Source: Squalus acanthias
Taxonomy: Eukaryota
DNA: 64,000 bases
Reading direction: 5' to 3'
Assembly: GCA_030390025.1 (NCBI GenBank)
Contig: CM059432.1
Coordinates: 28,522,001 to 28,586,000, forward strand
The first letter of the stretch is position 1; the number at the start of each line of letters is the position of its first letter. The notes beneath the pieces are model-generated. The model did no database searches, was not told where the DNA came from, and saw nothing but the letters and a program-made list of their open reading frames with translations. Position numbers and translations under genes: made by a program. Positions 1 to 12,839 of this stretch are shown one piece after another.

Positions 1-348
1 CAGATTCTTGAAGATGCCCCCATAGCCCAGTATCATCCGCTGCTTCCAATAGAAAGAAAAGGCAAGTGGACCCTTAAATCCCGTTAAGCAAGACAGGAAA
101 TGGTAAACGCGGAGAGAGAAATCAAGAATGTACGAGACACAGCCAGAGCAAGAGCACTGGGCAGAGAGAGAGCGCGAAACACTGACAAAGAGTGAAACCA
201 AACAACTGCACACATCAGACATACACAAAGAACGAACAAACTTAGGAACACCAGTTGCAGAGCGTCACAAGGCAGAGGAGAGCAAATACAATCACACCAA
301 TAATTCCTGTGCCCTCTGAACTGCTGTTAAGGTGGTCACCATACTCAC

Positions 349-438
349 CAGTACCTCTATCTTCATTTCCTATTGAACATTTTTTTTTCCATCATACATC
401 AATGCAGCAGCGAGAGTTGGTTACATCGAAAGACATCC
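349..438 (-). other. Candidate 90-bp internal (probably 5'UTR) exon of the downstream gene
   Basis: GTTCTTTTGTAG acceptor and CTG|GTGAGT donor; stops in all three frames; several ATGs. Confidence 0.5.
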
Positions 439-984
439 CTACAAAAGAACATTTTTACAAATTAACAAGTTTAATTACTGTAGGACGTCATTCCATAATT
501 ATTACAATCAAATGTGGAAGAACCAGCAATTTACAAATATTTGTACTTTCCACTGACAGTAACAACTTGCAGCAGTGTAACAATTTTAATTTAATGTACC
601 TGAACCGTGCACACCCTATTTCTTTGTCTGTGTCCCTTCATTCTGGACCCCTCAATCACTGGAAACAGTCTGTTGCCATTTACTCTGTCCCATCCCTTAA
701 TGATTTTAAACACCTCGACCAAATCACCCCTTAATCTCCTCTGTTCTAACAAAAACAGCCCCAATTTTACAACTCTTTATTTGTATTTGCTCATACCAGG
801 CAGCATCTTCAAGAATCTGTGCTGTACCCTCTCTATTGCCTTAACAATCTTCCTACAGTGTGGAGCGCAAAGCTGCTCACAGTACTCCAACTGTGGTCTT
901 ACTAAGATTTTATACAGATTTGTCATTACATCTCAATTTTTATATTCTATTCTTTTTAACCATAAAACCCAGCTTTTTTTTAAA

Positions 985-1650
985 TGACCGTATCCACTCG
1001 AGATTAAATATTGGGAAGACCGAAGCCATCGTTTTCGGTCCTGCACAAACTCCGTTCCCCAGCCACTGACTCCATCCCTCTCCCCAACATCTGTCTGAGG
1101 CTGAACCACAGTTCGCAACCTTGGCGTCATATTTGACCCCGAAATGAGCTTCCGACCACATATCTGCAGCATAACAAAGACCGCCTACTTCCATCTCCGT
1201 AACATCGCCCGTCTCTGCCCTTGCCTCAGCTCATCCGCTGCTAAAACCCTCATCCATGCCTTTGTTACCTCTAGACTTGACTATTCCAACGCAATCCTGG
1301 CTGACCTCTCACATTCCACCCTACGTAAACTTGAGGTCATCCAAAACTCAGCTGCCCGTGTCCTAACTCACACAAAGTCCCATTCACCCATCACCCCTGT
1401 GCTCGCTGACCTACATTGGCTCCTGGTTAAGCAGCGGCTCGATTTCAAAATTCTCATCCTTGTTTTCAAATCCCTTCATGGCCTCGCCCCTTCCCATCGC
1501 TGTAATCTCCTTCAGCCCCACAACCACCCCCCCGCTGAGATATCTGCGCTCCTCTAATTCTGCCCTCTTGAGCATCCCTGATTATAATTGCTCGTCTTGG
1601 GACGTTTTACTACGTTAAAGGCACTATATAAATACAAGTTGTTGTTGTTG
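985..1650 (+). mobile_element. L2 LINE 3' fragment
   Basis: LNIGKTEAI, LIHAFVTSRLDYSN, ITPVLADLHWL; (GTT)n tail. Confidence 0.9.
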
Positions 1651-3559
1651 AGATGCTGCTTTTAAAATCATGAACTTGAACCCCAAATCCCTCTGCTCTG
1701 TCACATCACCCAGTTTTCCCCCCAAAGTACAATTATTATTTTATTTCGAAACAAAATGTACCACCCACATTTATCGACATTAATTGTTTAAATGTGGACA
1801 TTGAGCTCAATTGCAATGTTGCCACGGTTCAGTAGCTTGACAACAGTCACTACCCTGACTTGTACACGAAGAATGATCAGTTGAAGTACTAAAGGGCAGC
1901 TGGAAACCGTAGAAATATATTGTAGCACAAACCACTGCCTTCAGGAGAAGAAGAAAATGATGAGGGGCAGTGGCATGGTTAAGAGAGCATCACACAGCAG
2001 AACAGTTATGCACTATGGATGCAGAAAACCGTCCACTTCTCTTCCCTACCCCCAGCTATTAAAATGAACCCCTCAACCTCACGACAGCAATTCTAATGAA
2101 AATCTTTGCTGTCTACATCATTTAAATGAGTCACCCAATGTTCTGCAGAGCGGGAAAATCCCAGGTTCTATCTCTGGTCGAGTGAGTTAGTTGGTGTCTG
2201 CTGAAGTTGCAGTAACTGCATTACTTTTGGTTTCCATGCACTTCGACTGGACGTGGGTGAGAACAGGACTGGATCTGGCTGTGACGCTTCCGCTTCTCTT
2301 TCTCCAACACCCACTGTCCACATGAAAAATGGCTACTCAAATTATCAGAAGCCTATGGATATCTGTGGAACACTATGCTTCTTGATACTCTATGAAGTCT
2401 ATGGTTGCACAGTTGCATCATCAGGAAAACAAACCTCAGAGCGCACATCATCTCACTCCTTACCCTGCCTCTATTCTCAGCAACAGGTGCTAACAGAGTC
2501 AGTATGAATAAAACAAGACAAGCAATTCACTTCTTAACCCATTTACAGCCATTAAAAAAGTCAGCCCAGTGACTCACTGAATAGAGTCCTTAAAAACCTT
2601 TTAAACAGTTCTCTCCAGTTACCTGTACGTACATTTCCCCCCCCCCCCCCCCCCCACCCCCCAGAGTATGCGCATCTGCATTACTAATAAAGTCTTGCGC
2701 CTAACTGCCATCATTAGGGCATGGGAAAATTATCCACCACAAAGCGCCAACCATCCAAAGTGTCGGTCACACTTGTAAAGTCTCAATGTGCCAAAAACCA
2801 CTCTGACTGGCTCAAATATCTGACACATAAAAAAGGCAACAAATTGCACATTTAACACTGGCCAAATAATTTGGTTGCAGATTAATTTCTGGGTGATTTT
2901 TTTTTTCCCCCCTTACATTCGGGTCCAACTGCACGTGTCGTCTCTGACAACATAGATCACATCCCATCATAAAGCAGTGTACCCACCAACTCAGTGTAGC
3001 CACCGATTTACCGAGATTAATGTCATGGGAGATCTGCTAGTATATCTATAACTCCATTTTATTTTTACACTATATACACAAGTTGTTATATACACATATA
3101 ATGGTATTTTTCCATTTTTAGTATATTAATTTTTTCTGTTGGCAGTAGTTTTGTCACAATATATTTTTTCAGTACACCTTTTATATTTTACCACATACAA
3201 GTGCATATTTTTCAGTATATACACTATATAATGGTTTATTAAACTGTACAATTTTAAAATTGTACACATATTTGCATTTTTCAACATATATTTATCATTT
3301 TGTTTCTAGTATAATTATATTTGTGGGACCAGCCAGATGGTCCTGTACTTTCCTCTGTAATGTATATTAGTACAAGATTTCCTTTTATATTTTCCACTCT
3401 TATTTAACTGGTGTAAATTTTCTGTAAGAAACACTTACGAATTCAAGTATGTAGTTGTACTTTTTCCATATATATATAAAAAATTTAAATGATATTAATT
3501 TTTGTTAGAACGCAGTTGTTACATGTAGAGCATGATTTTGAGTAAGTAATCCTGTGGGA

Positions 3560-4080
3560 TGCTGAGTGCCCCGTCTCCTTAGGGTGCTCCCACTCAGCCT
3601 CTCCGTCTGTGACTCTGGAGCCAGGCTGGCTGAGGCTGAGGCTGAGGCCTTACCTTCCCCCCCTCATATTCCGCTCGGCCTCTCCCGCTCACACAGCTCT
3701 GGGGACCGAGGCTCGGGCACCGCTGCCGACCCCTCGCTGCCTTCGAACTCGCTTGCTGGCGCTTGGAGCGGGCCTGGCGGTGGCTGCGCGGCCTCTACTG
3801 CCCATCAATCGCCCACAGGAACCCCCCTCCTCCTGCTGCTCTCCTCGCCGCTGCCGCCGCTACTCCTTTTTTTCTCTCTCTCTTCTTCCTCCTTTCAAAA
3901 CACCGCGACGTCAACCCTCACGCATACGCCAGCCCCGAGGGCTCCCCGTGACGTCAGCGCGTACGCCGTGCGTCAGGGCGTTCTGCTGAGGGGAGGGGAG
4001 GGGAGGGGGGTATTGGTTGAGAGAGAGAGGGTGAAGGATCAGGAGGGAGTGAAGTTGTTGAGGACGTGGCCTGTTTTGTG
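3560..4080 (-). promoter_or_regulatory. CpG-island promoter and first exon of an unidentified minus-strand gene
   Basis: High GC/CpG; full CRE TGACGTCA at 3949-3956 plus half-sites at 3907-3913 and about 3970; CCAAT (minus) near 4012-4016; GGGAGGGG boxes; donor GAAG|GTAAGG at 3654/3653. Confidence 0.75.
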
Positions 4081-4154
4081 ACAATGGTATGGGATAATGG
4101 CATGGGGAGGTGTCTTTTTGTGACTCTTTCACTTTTTTGAAGGATAATAACATT

Positions 4155-5130
4155 TGGGAACGGTGGCACAGTAGTTATGTCCAGTTAGGCCTGGACTAAT
4201 GATCCGGAGATATGAGTTCAAATCTCACCACGGCGGCTGGGGAATTTAAATTCAGTAATTAATTAAATCTGGAATTTAAAAAAAGTTAGTATCAGTAATG
4301 ATTGCCATATAGGGCCCTGGTGAGACCACACCTGGAGTATCGTGTACAGTTTTGGTCTCCTTACCTCAGGAAGGATATCCTCGCCATAGAGGGAGTGCAA
4401 TGAAGGTTCACCAGACTGGTTCCTGGGATAGAGGGATTGTCCTATGAGGACAGATTGAGTAGCCTAGGACTATATTCTCTAGAGTTTAGAAGAATGAGAG
4501 GTGATCTCATTGAAATATACAAAATTCTTACAGGGCTTGACAGGGTAGATGCAGGGAGGATGTTCCCCCTGGCTGGGGAGTCTAGAACCAGGGGTCACAG
4601 TCTCAGATTAAGGAGTCAGCCATTTAGAACTGAGATGAGGAGAAATTTCTTCACTCAGAGGGTGGTGAATCTTTGGAATTCTCTACCCCAGAGGGCTGTG
4701 GAGGCTCAGTCGTTGAGTATATTCAAGACAGAGATCGATAGATTTTTGGATATTAAGGGAATCAAGGGATATGGGGATAGTGTAGGAAAGTGAAGTTGAG
4801 GTAGAAGATCAGCCGTGATCTTATTGAATGGCGGTGCAGAGTCGAGGGGCCGAATGGCCTACTCCTCCTATTTCTTATGTTTTTATGTAAAACCCATCTG
4901 GTTCACTAATGTCCTTTAGGGAAGGAAACCTGCCGTCCTTACCCGGTCTGGCCTATATGTGACTCCAGACCCACACCAATGTGGTTGACTCTTAACTGCC
5001 CTCTGAAATGGCCAAGTAAGCCACTCAGTTTTATAAGGTGGCTCACCACCACCTTCTCAAGGGCATTTAGGGATGGGCAATAAATGCTGGCCTTGTCAGC
5101 GACGCCCAGATCCTGTGAATGAATTTTAAA
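4155..5130 (+). mobile_element. tRNA-derived SINE split by a CR1
   Basis: B-box GAGTTCAAATC; tail GGGATGGGCAATAAATGCTGGCCTTG shared with copies at 18120-18535 and 53880-54290. Confidence 0.75.
4306..4890 (+). mobile_element. CR1 3' fragment inserted in a SINE
   Basis: [28 protein letters not shown] sequence on both sides. Confidence 0.9.
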
Positions 5131-5799
5131 AGAATTTGGGAGAAGGGGACCAAAGCTGTAGCCCCAATCTTCCTTCCTTTCCCAAAGATATTGAGCTCCT
5201 TGCTTGGAGTCCTGTCCCACGTGGCCCATTATTCATAACATGTGAGGCTTTGCCAGTGAGTTTCAGCAGGCTGTTGGGGCACTCAAACCAAGCCCAATCC
5301 TCTTCCTAGTGTTACTTATTTAAAGTCCAATTGCTAACACTAGAACAAAGTTTGGATCTTCAAAACGTCCAACCAAAATGGAGCAGCGATCAACAAAGCC
5401 AACTGAATGTTGAACTGCATTGCCAAAACAGTAGAATTTAGGTCAGAGGAGGTCATGATCAAACTACAGTACTCTGGGCAGTCTGCACCTTGAGAAGTGT
5501 TCTGGGGGCAGAGCAGCCACTAGACTAATCCCGAGTGGCAGAGGTCTGAATTATAAGAAGAAAGTGGAGAAATTTGGGCTTTTCCGCCTCAAAAGGAGGC
5601 ATCTAAAAGGTGTAAGATAGTAAATGGGAATCAGAGGGAAAACTCTCCAATGGCTGGAGCTATACTTGACACAAAGGAAGATGGTTGTTGGAGGCCAATC
5701 ATTTCAGTCCTAGGACAGAGTTCCACAAGAAAAAGCTGTGGGGATTCAGTGTAAACCCTGGGAATGGATAAGGAATTGTGACATGTAGGAACCAATGGC

Positions 5800-6560
5800 C
5801 CCTGAATCTGGATGCCAACATGTCTGGCACCTTAAGTAGGATGACAGACGCCTTGGCCTTACAACATGTCACTGATATGCTCCAAGATGCTCTCCAGCAA
5901 CGTGGTAGCAGTGAAGTGCAGCTGGCCTATGAGAAGGATGCTGGTGAAAGAGGACATGGAAGTGGGAACTCCACTCGAAGCACTTCCACTTCTCACCGGT
6001 TGTCCCCCACCCCCACTCAGCCAGTACCCGACATCCTGCCTCCTCTCCCGCTGGCCCAGTCCCAGTCTGCCCCTGCACAGATGCAGGTGGAGCAGGTTTT
6101 GACAGGGCTCTCACGGGCCAGGAGCATCTGAGCAGTCAGAGCAGGGATCTGAGCAGCATGCCTCTACCTCTGCTGAAGCCATAGGGGTTGCACCACATAG
6201 GAGTGGTAGGAAAAGGAAGAGCAAAGCTTTGTAGTTGTACAAGGGTATGTGCATAGACCATGATATGTTGTTAAGTTTCCGTTGTTTAGCAGAATCATAT
6301 AAATTTTATTACTTTGCACCACTTTCCCGTGTTGCCCATTCATGGTTGCTGGTTGGCAAGTTGCCTTTTCAGTTGCTTGTTGATGAGTGGGAAGACCTGA
6401 ATTGTTGGGGACCAATGTGGGGGGAGGGGGGGGGAAGGGTGTGCAATAGATAGATAGATGGTTACAGGACTGCTTTGTGTCAGTGGGATTCGACAGGGGG
6501 GGGGAATGGCTGTGGCATGTGATTGTTACATCGGTCTAGTGGTAGTAACTAACTGAACCT
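5800..6560 (+). mobile_element. Probable 3' part of the Harbinger accessory ORF and intergenic spacer, convergent with the transposase
   Basis: Low-complexity P/S/Q-rich ORF remnant directly abutting the transposase 3' end; assignment rests on position. Confidence 0.4.
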
Positions 6561-7565
6561 TACAACTATAAGAGAATCCGGGCATCAATGTGATTGGCTG
6601 GTGCTGTGTTGGGGTCGCCATCTTGCTCCTCCGCCTCATCCTCCTCCTCTTCATTAAATTCGTCTGCGGACGATATGTGCTCAGCGCTTCCTGCAGCGCC
6701 AGTCCTTGCTACTGCGCAAGATTGTGCGGAGCGCAGCGCACCACGATTATTCTGGAGACTCTTGCTGCCAAGTATTGAATCGTGCCTCCAGATCGGTCCA
6801 GGCACCTGAAGCGCATCTTGAGCATGCCAATCGCTTGCTCAACGACACATCTGGTGGTCATATGATTGGGCTTCATTGGTGGGGTTCCTCACGGGTCTCA
6901 TCAGCCATGTTGGAAGGAGGTATCCTTTGTCTCCTAGCAGCCAGCCCTTATGTCTGCTTGCAGGTCCAAAGAGGTCAGGGAATGGAATGCCTTGCGGTTC
7001 ACAAATACTCCTGGTTGATCTGGGGGTGCGCGGATTGCCGCGGGTATGCAGCCCTGCATCTGTAGGAAGCCATCCAGAGAAGCAAACCCAAGTGCCCACT
7101 CATTCTGACTAGTTTCATCACAGGCAAGGTTGACATAATTGCCTGCCCTGGCAAACAATCCTTCAGTGACCTGCATGCATTTATGTGTAGCTGACTAGGA
7201 GATCCTGGATATATCTCCAGTAGCGCCCTGGAAGGATCTGGAGGCAAAAATGTTGAGGGTGGTCACTTTCACAGCCACTGGTAAGCATGGCCACCAGGTC
7301 CAGCAAGGAGTAGGTCTTCTTCTAGGAGGTTGCAGATGTCTGCTACCACCTGACGTGACTATCTGAGTCTCTGGAAACACTTCTTGAGGTCAAGGACGCT
7401 GAGCCTCTGCCTGTACAACTGGTTACGCAGGTAGTGTCTCCTGCAAGCTCGACCCCTCTGCTGCCCCCCTCTCTGCTGCCCAGTTCCCTCCACAGCATGC
7501 TGCTGCTGCTGCTGCTGATAATCATCTTGCTCCTCATCTGAGGTCCAACCTAAGGCAGCCATGGC
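6560..7565 (-). mobile_element. Decayed PIF/Harbinger transposase (HARBI1-like, DDE_Tnp_4)
   Basis: Frameshifted fragments LPVAVKVT..LNIFAS.SFQGATGD, QGCI...FVNRKAFHSL, GWLLGDKGY..TWLMRP, VVEQAIGMLKMRFRCLDRSGG. Confidence 0.88.
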
Positions 7566-8295
7566 GCCACCCATCCTGATCTTGAGTCTCAATACCTCCA
7601 AAGTGCACAAATTAGTATTTATTGTCGTATTTGCCTGACTTTTAACGAGCCCCATGAATTGCCTTTCAGTCTTCTCGCCTTGGTTTCAATGGTGGGTTTC
7701 TGGAAGCCCGAGAAATCCATACATGTGCTGTTAAATTTAAATGCCGGTTAAAATATCGTTGTAATACACTCATTTAAATATTCCAATCACTAACCCTCCT
7801 CTCTGGAGGGGGTTATGCATAGGCAGCCGAATGCCTCTGAGTTAAACCCGAAAGTCGGCGCTTTCTAGTCGGTTTCCATCATGCTGATATTTTCGCCGAA
7901 TGTGGGACGAGCTACACTATCGGCTGGTATAAATTTGCAATGCGTGCTGCGCTCATGCGGAATCAAATTTTGCAAAGGGGTCCATAAACAGGCATTAGAC
8001 CCCCCTATTTGCATATGCAAAGGTCCTAACATCTGTCAGGTGTGTGTCCTGGATGACTACAGAGGAGCCTTCACTAATATGGTGGACGGTGCTGTTCTCA
8101 CGCAGAAGTAGCCCGTAAAACGTACACCACACGATCCAATTTCTATGCCAATATCTCTTATGTGGATACAAAACAGAAACAGAGGGTAGGAGTTGAGGTA
8201 CGTTTGTCAGACTGGCAGAAAATCGGAAGTGGTGTTCTGCAGGGATCTGTGCTGCGATTACTGTTTACCATATACATAAATTATTTGGATTCATT

Positions 8296-10740
8296 GGGCT
8301 GGATTTTACCAACCTCGGTGGGCGTCGTCGGTGGCGGGTCCCGGCCTCACTGCCGGCTCCAGCCCGCTGTCCAAAATGATTTTCCTCTGATTGGGCTTGT
8401 TAAGCCCACCCAGCGGGTTTGCCGGCCAATTGAAGGAAGGGGGCCTGATGACGTTATTTGATGACTCGTCATCAGCCGGTTTCCTTAAAGGGACCATGCA
8501 CAAATTTACTTTGACAATTGTGCTGTCAGTGTTCTACAACATTGAGGTGCTGCAAACACTGACAAGCACGGCACAGAGGTGCACGACTGCACCCAAGCTC
8601 TCCCATGACTCCCTCCATATGCTTCCCTTCCAATGGACGGAAGAGACCTCCCCAGGAGACCAACACAACCTGGTTGCACATTGCACAGGAGGACACAAGC
8701 AGGGATGTCGTCAAGAGGACCAGGCTGCAGTGGTGCCAACCTTTCAATGATCTCAGTAGATCACGAAGCGTTACTGCAAAGCCACACTCAACCTCACCCT
8801 GCTGTGCCTCTCATCACATCCCCATCACTCTGCCTTCTCTACCCTACTCCTGCACATCCTTGCTCACACCAACTTACCTTGCACCTCCACCCATCCCTCT
8901 CTATCTACATTATCACTTCCCCATCTCACTAGCCACCCCTCATACTCACCCTCATCCTAGTCCAAACATATCAACTAACAACACACAAGGGGAGGCACTT
9001 GGGTGTTTTATGCAATGTTCATGTAAAGTTTCTGTTAATGTGGTGTCAAACATTGAAACCTTTATTTGAACACTGCATTCTTGGACAGATTTGTGTGCAC
9101 CTTTGGAAGTGGCTTAGTGAGTTGCAGTGAATGGTGAGACATAATGGTACCCCCCTCCGCAATGGTGATGAGTGTGAAACATAGAAACATATAAGATAGG
9201 AGCAGGAGTAGGCCATTCGGCCCCTCGAGTCTGTACCGCCATTTAATCAGATCATGGCTGATCATCCAAATTCAGTACCCTGTCCCTGCTTTCTCCCCAT
9301 ATCCCTTGATCCCTTTAGCCTTAAGAAATATATCTAACTCCTTCTTGAATATATTTAATGAATTGGCCTCAACTGCCTTGTGTGGTAGAGAATTCCACAA
9401 GTTAACCACTCTCTGGGTGAAGAAATTCCTCCTCATCTCAGTCCTAAATGGCTTACCCCTTATCCTTAGACTGTGACCCCTGGTTCTGGACTCACCCGCC
9501 ACCGGGAACATCCTTCCTGCATCTAGTCTGTCTAGTCCTGTTAGAATTTTATAAGTTTCAATGAGATCCCCTCTCATTCTTCTAAACTCTAGCGAATACA
9601 AGCCCAATCGACCCAATCTCTCTTCATACATCATTCCTGCCATCCCAGATATCAGTCTGGTGAATCTCCGCTGCACTCCCTCCATGGCAAGAACATCCTT
9701 CCTCAGATAAGGCGACCAAAACTGCACACAATACTCAAGGTGTGGTCTCACCAAGGCCCTGTACAACTGCAGCAAGACATCCTTGCTCCTGTACTCGAAT
9801 CCTCGCGCTATGAAGGCCAACATACCATTTACCTTCTTAACCACCTGCTGCACCTGCATGCTTACCTTCAGCGACTGGTGCACCCAGGTCTCGTTGCACT
9901 TCCCCTTTTCCCAATCTATTGCCGTTCAGATAATAATCTGCCTTCCTGTTTTTGCCACCAAAGGGGGTAACCTCACATTTATCCACATTATATGGCATCT
10001 GCCATGCATCTGCCCAATCACCCAACCTGTCCAAATCATACTGGAGTTTCTCTGCATCCTCCTCACAGCACACACGCCCACCCAGCTTTGTGTCGTCTGC
10101 AAACTTGGAGATATTACATCTAGTTCCCTCGTCTAGATCATTAATATATATTGTGAATAACTGGGGTCCTAGCACCGATCCCTGCGGTACCCCACTAGTC
10201 ACTGCCTGCCACTTGGAAAAAGACCCGTTTATTCCAACTCTTTGCTTCCTGTCTGCCAACCAGTTTTCTATCCAAGTCAGTACCTTACCCCCAATCCCAT
10301 GTGCTTTAACTTTGCACGTTAATCTCTTATGCAGGACCTTATCGAAAGCCTTCTGAAAGACCAAATACACCACATCCACTGGTTCTCCCTTATCTATTCT
10401 ACCAGTTACATGCTCAAAAAATTCCAGTAGATTAGTCAAGTAATGGCTTGGGCATTGTAGGGATGGCGTTGATGTGGGGTGGTGCCAACCTGGCGCATCA
10501 TGTGGCAGCCAGGGTATACAGTGTCAAGTGAAGTAAATCTGGCCATGGTGAGGCTATCCCTGGCGTCCCGGGCAGCAATGTGGTCAGGTGCTGATGCCCT
10601 GTGTCCTGTACAGCATCAGCTGATTGCGGAGAAGGTTGGTGTTGCTGGTGCTGCTGGTGTTGGCGCTGATCGTGGTGGGATTCTGAGGACCAAGGTGAGA
10701 TAGTTTCAAGGGCACCGATGCTGATGGAATAGATGACTAT
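8296..10740 (+). mobile_element. Second Harbinger remnant with Myb/SANT-like accessory gene (about 8550-8760), interrupted by a CR1 insertion
   Basis: Starts GGGCTGGATTTT; peptide APKLSHDSL...WLHIAQE..SRDVVKRT.LQ.C..FNDL resembles Myb_DNA-bind_5/MSANTD; related sequence resumes after 10440. Confidence 0.6.
9178..10440 (-). mobile_element. Young 5'-truncated CR1 LINE (RT C-terminus and 3' tail)
   Basis: [33 protein letters not shown]; 3' tail ends in ...CTATCTTATATGTTTCTATGTTT. Confidence 0.95.
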
Positions 10741-11949
10741 GCCCCCTAGTCCTAGACTTCCCAACCAGCGGAAATAGTTTCTCTCTATCTACTTTATCAG
10801 TTCCCCTTAATATCTTCAACAATTTAGAATTAACCTTAAAACCAGTTGCATCTAACATTAATAAGTGATGACTTACCATCCAAGTAAAATTCTTTGGTGA
10901 TTTTATTATTCATTAGGTGGCCATAAGTAATATTGAAGCCTCTACATTGTTTATGGCTCCATAATTAGATTTGAACTTTCAACCAAAGGATTTGAATCCC
11001 CTCACTGCCAAAAAGGTCCGACATAAGTGGGCTCCAGTCTGTCCGGCTGTTAAATGAGTACCGCCTTTACTGGGAAATCAGCAGGAATCCTATGAGATGA
11101 CTCGCACCATCCACAGAATGTGTATACACCAGACTTCAGGTTAATGAAAGACAGATGTGCAGTCTCCCTACGGCTGGGTTTAGATTAAGAATTGAATCTG
11201 TGCAACAAAAAAAAGTAATGAATATTCCGACATTGTTTTAGACTAGAATACTGGAGTGAAAACTCATCTGGTTTAATCCCCCGTTTCAGTTGAAGACAAA
11301 CTGGAGGAAACTCTCTCGAGCAGTAGGTCTGTTTGCTGCACTTTCACCTCTGGGCCTTGGAATCAAATTCAGCCGAGGCCAATGGAGTGCAGATTTCCTC
11401 TCTCTCCACTATAAGGATGCAATGTCAATGAGATTGGAACAGACTTAGACTTGCCTCTAATATAGGCATGAATTTACAGCACAAACCATCCATAGTTTGT
11501 CAGTAACTGTCACTAAACTGGCAATTTTAGCCAGGAGAGGGCACAATGATAAATAGAGTAGAGAATGCGTTTCTTAGATCTGGGATAAGGCAGGTTGTGG
11601 AATAGTGTAGAAGAGGCTTTGCTCCGCATCTAATACCTTGTTTATGGCATGGGGGTGACTTTGCAAAAGGGTAGCTCCATGAGACATGTAATAAAAACAG
11701 AAAATGCTGGAAATACTCAGCAGGTCAGGCAGCATCTGTGGAGAGAGAAACAGAGTTAACATTTCAGGTCGATATCTTTTGTGAACATAAGGGAAATGTA
11801 ATTGCCATAGTGGCTCGACGGTACTTGGAGGGACGATAACATAGGTAACTCTGGGAAGGATGCCCTGTACGTGATTTGTCCATCCTTTTTAACCGTCAGT
11901 CTGATGGCATTTATTGAAGCTTGTGATGGAAATTTACCGTCATCCTTAA

Positions 11950-12832
11950 CCACACTGTCTCTAAATTGTCAGACTGCTTGTCCAACATCCAGTGCTGGAT
12001 GAGCAGAAATTTGCTCCAACTAAATATTGGGAAGACCGAAGCCATTGTCTTCAGTCCCCGCCACAAACTCCGTTCCCTAGCCACTGACTCCATCCCTCTC
12101 CCTACTATCTGTCTGAGACTGAACCAAACTATTCGCAATCTTGGTGTCATATTTGATCCTGAAATGACCACATATCCGTGCCATAACTAAGACCGCCTAC
12201 TTCTATCTCCGTAACATCGCCTGACTCCGCTCCACCTCAGCTCATCTGCTGCTGAAACCCTCATCCATGCCTTTGTTACCTCTAGACTTGACTATTCCAG
12301 TGCACTCCTGGCTGGCCTCCCACGTTCTACCCTACGTAAACTTGAGGTCATCCAAAACTCTGCTGCCCGTGTCCTAACTCGCACCAAGTCCCGTTCACCA
12401 ATCACCCCTGTGCTCACTGACCTACATCGGCTCCCGGTTAAGCAATGCCTCGATTTTAAAATACTCATCCTTGTTTACAAATCCCTCCATGGCCTCGCCC
12501 CTCCCTATCTCAGTAATCTCCTCCAGCCCCACAACCACCCCCCCCCCCCGAGATAACTGTGCTCTAATTCTGGCCTCTTGAGCATCCCTGATTTTAATCG
12601 CTTAACTATTGGTGGCCGTGCCTTCAGCTGCAAGATCCTAAGCTCTGGAATTCCCTCCCTAAACCTCTCTGCCTCCTTACCTCTCTTTCCTCCTTTAAGA
12701 CACTCCTAAAACCTACCTCTTTGTTTGTCCTAATTTCTCCTTATGTGGTTCGGTGTCAAATTTTGTTTTATAATGCTCCTGTGAAGTGCCTTGGGACTAC
12801 GCTAAAGGCACTATATAAACACAAGTTGTTGC
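11950..12832 (+). mobile_element. L2 LINE 3' fragment
   Basis: CLSNIQCWMSRN.LQLNIGKTEAI; (GTT)n tail. Confidence 0.9.
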
Positions 12833-12839
12833 TGTGCTC

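Noticed and set aside
3566..4169. Overlapping ORFs of 62-171 aa as genes
   Set aside because: Stop-poor GC-rich CpG island; low-complexity peptides with no recognisable domain
6560..7565. Domesticated host HARBI1 gene
   Set aside because: Multiple frameshifts and deletions in a transposon context
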